Shown here piece by piece: positions 58,223 through 64,000 of a stretch of 64,000 nt of DNA (positions within the stretch are counted from its first letter, which is position 1; each line of letters begins with the position of its first letter). The notes below the pieces were generated by a model. The model did not search any database. It was given only the letters and a program-made list of their open reading frames with translations, and was not told where the DNA came from. The stretch lies in contig JBEKIW010000006.1 in the NCBI GenBank assembly GCA_050011565.1, positions 1 through 64,000 of the forward strand, written 5' to 3'. Source of the DNA: Dehalococcoidia bacterium (GTDB lineage Bacteria; Chloroflexota; Dehalococcoidia; GIF9; UBA5629). Position numbers and translations under genes: made by a program.

Positions 58223-61200
58223 ATGAAACCACTTGCATCTGTAAAAGAACTGACACAGCTTAGAGGTAAAATACAAGAGAGGCTAGCCAAACAAGAGAAG
58301 AAGATCCAAGTTAAGGTTCATCTTGGCACGTGCGGTATATCCTCAGGAGCAAACAAGGTCCTTCAAGCTTTTCAACAGGGAGTGAAAAGCAACAAATTAT
58401 CGGATGTCTCCGTGCTTAAGGCAGCATGCATCGGTTTGTGCGACCGAGAGCCGGTAGTTACCGTCGTGCATCCCGCAACCGGAAAAACTATTTATTACGA
58501 CGTCACCGAGGACAAAGTCTCCAAAATTATCGAGAAACATCTTATTCGCAATAAGGTGGTCGATGAATGGAAGCTGGACACTACTGACCCGCTGCTCAAG
58601 CTACAGGAGATACGGGTAATGCATAACCAGGACCTCGACCCGATGAATATAGATGAGTACATTGCCCGGGACGGCTACCAGGGGTTAGCTAAGGCTCTTG
58701 CCCAAATGAAGCCGGATGAAGTCATCTCAGAAATCGGGAAGGCTGGCCTGAGAGGCCGTGGAGGAGCAGGCTTCCCCACAGGCACGAAATGGACATTCGT
58801 TCGCAGCGCGGCTGGTGATGAAAAATACGTTGTCTGCAATGGCGACGAGGGTGACCCGGGTGCTTATATGAACCGAGCCGTCCTTGAAGGAAATCCGCAC
58901 TCAATAATCGAAGGAATGGCAATAGGAGCTTATGCCATAGGCAACGTACTCCAGGGCTACGCGTATGTCCGTGCCGAATACCCCCTGGCCATCGAGACAT
59001 TAAATCATGCCATAACCAAGGCTCGAGAATACGGCCTGCTGGGGAAGAACATACTCGGTACCGGCTTTGAATTCGACCTGGATATATTCCCCGGCGCCGG
59101 CGCTTTCGTCTGCGGCGAGGAGACTGCCCTTTTAACCTCAATCGAAGGCAAACGAGGTAATCCACGCCAGCGACCGCCGTTCCCGGCTAACAAAGGACTT
59201 TTTGATAAACCGACTACGTTAAATAATGTGGAAACCTGGTCAAACGTTCCACAGATAATCTGGAAAGGGGCCGATTGGTTTGGAAGTGTCGGCACTGCAA
59301 GCAGCAAAGGTACAAAGACACTGTGTCTGGTTGGAAAGGTCAATAACACCGGGCTGGTTGAGGTTCCGTTGGGCACCAGCCTGGGTAAAATTGTATTTGA
59401 CATAGGCGGTGGCATACCGAAAGGAAAGCAGTTCAAGGCAGTGCAGATAGGTGGGCCTTCGGGTGGAGTTATTCCCATCGAACATCTGAACACCCCCGTC
59501 GACTATGAAGCTGTAACCGCCCTGGGTGCAATTATGGGTTCAGGTGGGCTTGTAGTCATGGATGAGGATAGTTGCATGGTCGATGTGGCTAAATTCTTCC
59601 TGCAGTTCACCAGGGACGAGTCATGTGGTAAATGCACTCCATGCCGGGCAGGAATACCAAAGATGCTTGCTTTCCTGACCAAGATAACCGAAGGTAAAGG
59701 AACAATGGAAGACCTGAATATACTTTCGGAGCTGGCTGACATGGTGTGCTCCGCATCCATCTGCGGCCTGGGACAAACAGCTCCCAATCCAGTTCTGACC
59801 ACACTGCGCCATTTCAGAGATGAATATGAAGCCCACATAATAGACAAGAAGTGCCCGGCTGTAGTCTGCCAGGCCCTGTTCAGGGCTCCATGTCAGGGAA
59901 CATGCCCTGTAGGGCTCGATGCACCGGGTTATATCGCTTTCATTAAGGAGAATAATTTCGAACAGGCTTGCCGAGTTATTATGCAGCGGCTGCCATTACC
60001 CTTAAGCGTAGGGCGGGTATGCCCTCACCCGTGCGAAAGTAAGTGTCGTCGAGGCCAAGTAGAAGAGCCGATAGCCATCAGACAACTACACAGGTTCGCT
60101 ACCGATTACGCTTTTGAGCATGGATTCGAATATAAACCGGATATTAAAGAGCGGAAGAAAGAAAAGATAGCTATCATCGGCGCGGGGCCGGCAGGATTAT
60201 CCGCAGCCTGGGACCTCGCCCACGAAGGATACCAGGTTGCCATATTTGAAGCATTGCCTGTAGCCGGCGGCATGTTGGCCGTCGGTATCCCTGAGTACCG
60301 GCTGCCGAAGGACCTGCTTAAAAAAGAGATTGATATCATCCAGAAACTCGGCGTAGAAATAAAATTGAATACGCGGGTAGAAGATATAGAAGCCCTGTTA
60401 AAAGAGAATAAATATCAAGCCGTATTCATTGCTACGGGTGCCCACAAGGGAGATAAGATGAAGATTCCGGGCGAAGACCTGGCTGGAGTCTTCGACGCTA
60501 TCAACTTTCTGAGAGAGCTGAATCTGGGAAAGAAAATAAAGGTGGGGCAGAAAGTAGCTGTCATTGGTGGCGGCAACTCTGCCATCGATGCAGCTCGAGT
60601 AGCTTTGAGAGAAGGTGCCAAAGAGGTACACATTCTCTACCGGCGGGAGAGGAAAGATATGCCGGCACTGACGGATGAGGTAGTAGCGGCTGACGAGGAA
60701 GGCGTTCAAATCCACTGTTTGACAGCCCCTACCAAGATTCTGGGTAATAACGGCGTAGTCACCGGACTCGAATGCATCCGCATGGAACTTAAAGAGTTCG
60801 ATACCAGCGGAAGAAGGACTCCCAACCCCATTAATGGGTCTGAGTATACAATGAATTTCGACACGGTTATTGAAGCCACGGGACAAAGACCGGATACTTC
60901 ATTTTTGGGTGGGGACGGTATTGGCACGGCCAAGGGCGGAACAATAGCAGCCGACCCGAGAACCCTCGCCACCAATCGCGAAGGCGTTTTCGCCGGAGGA
61001 GACGCAGTTACCGGCGCAGCAACAGTAATCGAAGCTATTGCCGCCGGACAGAGGGCAGCCTCATCCATAAAAAGATATCTCCGCGGCGAGAAACTCTCGC
61101 CGTTGGTAGAACGCAACGGCTATCAGCCAATTGCCATCCCTCCCATACCTCCTACTGAGGAGGAACTGAAAGAAAGGCCGAGGGTAGCAATGACAGAGGT

Positions 61201-61315
61201 AGGCAGCTCACAAAGAAAAGGCTCTTTTAAAGAGGTAGTCTTGCCCTACAGTCCGAAGGAAGCGAAAAGCGAAGGTAGCCGCTGTCTTAGATGTGATCTT
61301 GAGGTAGGAGAATAA
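58223..61315 (+). CDS. NuoF/HydB-like NADH-FMN subunit fused to a GltD-like flavoprotein domain
   Basis: GRGGAGFP, DEGDPG, CGEETAL, GGPSGG, ESCGKCTPCR; then APCQ..CP, GRVCPHPCE, GAGPAG, GGGNSAID, YRR. Confidence 0.9.
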   Translation: MKPLASVKELTQLRGKIQERLAKQEKKIQVKVHLGTCGISSGANKVLQAFQQGVKSNKLSDVSVLKAACIGLCDREPVVTVVHPATGKTIYYDVTEDKVSKIIEKHLIRNKVVDEWKLDTTDPLLKLQEIRVMHNQDLDPMNIDEYIARDGYQGLAKALAQMKPDEVISEIGKAGLRGRGGAGFPTGTKWTFVRSAAGDEKYVVCNGDEGDPGAYMNRAVLEGNPHSIIEGMAIGAYAIGNVLQGYAYVRAEYPLAIETLNHAITKAREYGLLGKNILGTGFEFDLDIFPGAGAFVCGEETALLTSIEGKRGNPRQRPPFPANKGLFDKPTTLNNVETWSNVPQIIWKGADWFGSVGTASSKGTKTLCLVGKVNNTGLVEVPLGTSLGKIVFDIGGGIPKGKQFKAVQIGGPSGGVIPIEHLNTPVDYEAVTALGAIMGSGGLVVMDEDSCMVDVAKFFLQFTRDESCGKCTPCRAGIPKMLAFLTKITEGKGTMEDLNILSELADMVCSASICGLGQTAPNPVLTTLRHFRDEYEAHIIDKKCPAVVCQALFRAPCQGTCPVGLDAPGYIAFIKENNFEQACRVIMQRLPLPLSVGRVCPHPCESKCRRGQVEEPIAIRQLHRFATDYAFEHGFEYKPDIKERKKEKIAIIGAGPAGLSAAWDLAHEGYQVAIFEALPVAGGMLAVGIPEYRLPKDLLKKEIDIIQKLGVEIKLNTRVEDIEALLKENKYQAVFIATGAHKGDKMKIPGEDLAGVFDAINFLRELNLGKKIKVGQKVAVIGGGNSAIDAARVALREGAKEVHILYRRERKDMPALTDEVVAADEEGVQIHCLTAPTKILGNNGVVTGLECIRMELKEFDTSGRRTPNPINGSEYTMNFDTVIEATGQRPDTSFLGGDGIGTAKGGTIAADPRTLATNREGVFAGGDAVTGAATVIEAIAAGQRAASSIKRYLRGEKLSPLVERNGYQPIAIPPIPPTEEELKERPRVAMTEVGSSQRKGSFKEVVLPYSPKEAKSEGSRCLRCDLEVGE

Positions 61316-61317
61316 GC

Positions 61318-63306
61318 ATGAAAGAGATTACACTAACAATCGATGGTAAGCAGGTCAAGGGGAAAGAGGGCGATACTGTCCTCGAGGTCTGTCAGGCTAA
61401 CAATATCGATGTGCCAACTCTCTGCCATTCAAAGGGACTGACGGACGTCGGCGCTTGCCGTATGTGCGTCGTCGATATAGAAAGAGAAAGACGACCTGTC
61501 CCGGCGTGTACCTACCCGGCACGAGAAGGTTTGGTAGTACAGACCCAAAATGAAAAACTGGAGAAATATCGCCGGCTGGTTCTAGAACTCATGTTCACCG
61601 AACGAAACCATCTCTGTGCCCAGTGCGTAGCCAGTGGCGACTGCGAATTACAGCAACTAGGCTACCGGTATCAAATGGATAATACGCGATATCCCTATTC
61701 ATGGCCTTCTCTGCCGGTTGATTCGCAGCACGAATACCTGGTCATCGACCACAACCGGTGCATCCTCTGCGGCCGATGCATAAGAACGTGCGATCAAATT
61801 GTAGGTGTTCATACACTCGATTTCGGGTACCGCGGCTGGAAAGACGTAGTAGTAGCTGACCTTAATCAACCTCTGGGAAAGTCCACCTGTATTTCTTGCG
61901 GCGCTTGTTTTCAAGCTTGCCCAACAGGTGCCATCTTTTCCAAGAAGAGCGCCTACAAGGGCAAACGTCCGGATTCACAGGAGATAACCACTGTTTGCCC
62001 CATATGTGGTATCGGCTGTACGATTCAAGCGTTCGTCAAGAACAACATGTTGATAAGGATAGACAGCCCCGACGCTTCCCAACACGATGGTCTACTCTGC
62101 TATATGGGGCGTTTTGGTCCCTTAAGTCAGAGTCAAGCCAGAGTAAAGACACCGATGATGCGAAATGCCCGCGGTAAGCTGGAGCCCTGCACATTGAATG
62201 AAGCTGTTGATATGGTATCTAAGAAGCTCAGCCAGCTTAAAGCGCATAATGGGGGCGGCAGCATAGCCGGAGTGGCTTCAAGTCAGGCCAGTAGCCAGGC
62301 ACTGAAAGCATTCAAGGAATTAATTACAGGAGCCCTGGGTAGTAAGTTTATGGATAGTCTCGACGGAGATGAGTATAGGGCCGTTATCAAAGGTATCGGC
62401 GCTTTCCAGGATAAGGCGGATTTAAGTACTGAAACGCCACTGGAAGATATTTTTAATGCTGACTGTGTGCTCCTGGTCGGTGCCGACCCGTTCAAAAGCC
62501 ATCCTGTAGCCGGGTCTTATATCGTTAGAGCGGTCAGACAGAACAAGGCAAAGCTCATCATTCTTGACCCAACACAAAATGTTTTACCGGATTATGCGGC
62601 GCTGTGGTTGAAGCCAAAGAAGGGTAAGGAAGCTCTGACTCTTAATAGTCTGGCTAAAGCTATAATAGACAATGGTTTGACTAAAAATTCCGCACAGGTA
62701 AAGAAAATTGCTGCTGCACTAAACAAAGTCAATATTAAGCAGGATGCTGTAGCCGCTGGAATTAATTATAAAAAGCTCATTGAGGCAGCTGAAACACTCG
62801 GCAAAGCCAAGAGCAGCGTCGTCGTCTACGGTGAAGGCATTCTAAAACATCAAAATTCGGGGCTAATAACCGCCATATACAACCTGGCGGCTGTTTCCGG
62901 CGGACGGAACGGTGGCAAGCCGGGAATCATATCTCTAAAGTCCAAGGGAAATAGCCGGGGTGCCTGGGACATCGGTATAGCCAATAGTTCCGTTTCTGTT
63001 ATAAATAACTTAGCTCAAAACGGTATAAAGGCATTATATCTGCTTTTAGCCGATGACCAGGTTGAGGCAAAAGAATTACCGGGACTGCTCAAAGGAGTGG
63101 ATTTCCTGGTCGTTCAAGCCAGTTATCTATCGCCACCGGCCCAAAAAGCCAATGTAGTTTTGCCGTCACCAACCTGGACAGAAATAAGCGGAAATTACAG
63201 CACTCTGGATGGTTCGCCCATATCAGTATCGCGCTTAGTAAAGCCGCCAGAGGGGATAAGGGCAGATTGGGAAATCATCAACGAAATCGCCAAGCGCTTC
63301 AAGTAA
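61318..63306 (+). CDS. NuoG/HoxU-like Fe-S subunit with a degenerate molybdopterin-oxidoreductase domain
   Basis: IDVPTLC, CRMC, HLCAQC, CILCGRC, CISCGAC, CPICGIGC; no evident Mo-ligand Cys/Sec. Confidence 0.85.
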   Translation: MKEITLTIDGKQVKGKEGDTVLEVCQANNIDVPTLCHSKGLTDVGACRMCVVDIERERRPVPACTYPAREGLVVQTQNEKLEKYRRLVLELMFTERNHLCAQCVASGDCELQQLGYRYQMDNTRYPYSWPSLPVDSQHEYLVIDHNRCILCGRCIRTCDQIVGVHTLDFGYRGWKDVVVADLNQPLGKSTCISCGACFQACPTGAIFSKKSAYKGKRPDSQEITTVCPICGIGCTIQAFVKNNMLIRIDSPDASQHDGLLCYMGRFGPLSQSQARVKTPMMRNARGKLEPCTLNEAVDMVSKKLSQLKAHNGGGSIAGVASSQASSQALKAFKELITGALGSKFMDSLDGDEYRAVIKGIGAFQDKADLSTETPLEDIFNADCVLLVGADPFKSHPVAGSYIVRAVRQNKAKLIILDPTQNVLPDYAALWLKPKKGKEALTLNSLAKAIIDNGLTKNSAQVKKIAAALNKVNIKQDAVAAGINYKKLIEAAETLGKAKSSVVVYGEGILKHQNSGLITAIYNLAAVSGGRNGGKPGIISLKSKGNSRGAWDIGIANSSVSVINNLAQNGIKALYLLLADDQVEAKELPGLLKGVDFLVVQASYLSPPAQKANVVLPSPTWTEISGNYSTLDGSPISVSRLVKPPEGIRADWEIINEIAKRFK

Positions 63307-63325
63307 TTGATAAGGAGTAAATAAT

Positions 63326-63862
63326 ATGGCAAAAGTGAAGGTAGCTTCGGTCTGGCTGGAAGGCTGTGCCGGATGTCATATGTCATTTTTAGACATCGAT
63401 GCAGCCATAATTGATTTAGCCAACGTGGTTGAATTCACCAGGACTCCTATTACCGATATAAAGGAGTTCCCACAGGTAGACGTCGGCATCGTGGAAGGCT
63501 CTGTGGGTAATACCGAAGAGGAGGAAGTCCTCAAAGACCTCAGGGCTCATTGCAAAATTCTTATGGCCTGGGGCGACTGTGCCTGTTTTGGCGGCGTGTG
63601 TGCTATGCGCAGTACCCTTGACAAAGAAGATGTGCTAAGGCGCGCCTATATCGAGTCTGAGAGCACTTTTGAGGGCAAAATACCGCGCCCGCCCGGTGTA
63701 CCGGCACTTCTGGACCAGGTAAAACCGATAAATAATATCGTGAAAGTTGACTGTTACGTTCCCGGCTGCCCGCCGGAACCTAAAGCCATCTTGTATGGCT
63801 TAAATGAACTGCTGGCAGGTAGGATACCTGTTTTGCCCCCAGACATGATGCGCTTTGATTAA
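63326..63862 (+). CDS. [NiFe]-hydrogenase small subunit (HoxY-type)
   Basis: CAGCHMS, GDCA, PGCPP; single-cluster length. Confidence 0.9.
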   Translation: MAKVKVASVWLEGCAGCHMSFLDIDAAIIDLANVVEFTRTPITDIKEFPQVDVGIVEGSVGNTEEEEVLKDLRAHCKILMAWGDCACFGGVCAMRSTLDKEDVLRRAYIESESTFEGKIPRPPGVPALLDQVKPINNIVKVDCYVPGCPPEPKAILYGLNELLAGRIPVLPPDMMRFD

Positions 63863-63879
63863 ATCTGAGAGGTGTTGCT

Positions 63880-64000
63880 ATGGTTTCTGAAGTTAAAAAG
63901 GCAAATGCCAAAAGAACAATTGAGATAAACCCGGTTAGCCGGATTGAAGGACACGGCAAGGTGACTATCCAATTGGATGAGGCGGGCAATGCCATTGATG
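63880..64000 (+). CDS. [NiFe]-hydrogenase large subunit (HoxH-type), 5' part only
   Basis: GAGGTG RBS; MVSEVKK...[15 protein letters not shown]; runs off the window. Confidence 0.88.
   Translation, partial: MVSEVKKANAKRTIEINPVSRIEGHGKVTIQLDEAGNAID

Noticed and set aside
8153-63995. Many antisense or overlapping ORFs in the track (e.g. 25433-25897, 35214-35759, 44834-45358, 59005-59493)
   Set aside because: They shadow well-supported genes and have no motifs or RBS.
52507-64000. Selenocysteine recoding in hydrogenase subunits
   Set aside because: The expected ligand positions visible in the window are Cys codons in uninterrupted frames.

Overview
Mostly a genome segment from an anaerobic bacterium. 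The gene repertoire suggests Dehalococcoidia-like Chloroflexota (inference). Bases 1-646 are a GC-richer gene end that may come from a different contig. About 0.7-6.9 kb is an AT-rich accessory island. It holds a tyrosine integrase whose reading frame runs through an att core (GGCCTACCAT), which recurs at the end of a 55-nt tRNA-Lys(UUU) 3' fragment (6841-6895). Behind the integrase are two cargo modules bounded by the same left and right end sequences, resembling a cassette array. The rest is metabolic: orphan TPP E1 alpha/beta, cytochrome bd with a rubredoxin-membrane fusion, B12 radical SAM, MgtA with a structured leader, S41 protease, MscL, DUF3800-like gene, PlsA/Ger-like activase-reductase, beta-oxidation genes, dcd-rib operon, two thiolase/DUF35 modules, hypAB, a two-component pair, and two divergent group 3 [NiFe]-hydrogenase operons, each with a GltD-like flavoprotein. 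All calls come from reading motifs by eye; no database searches were run.
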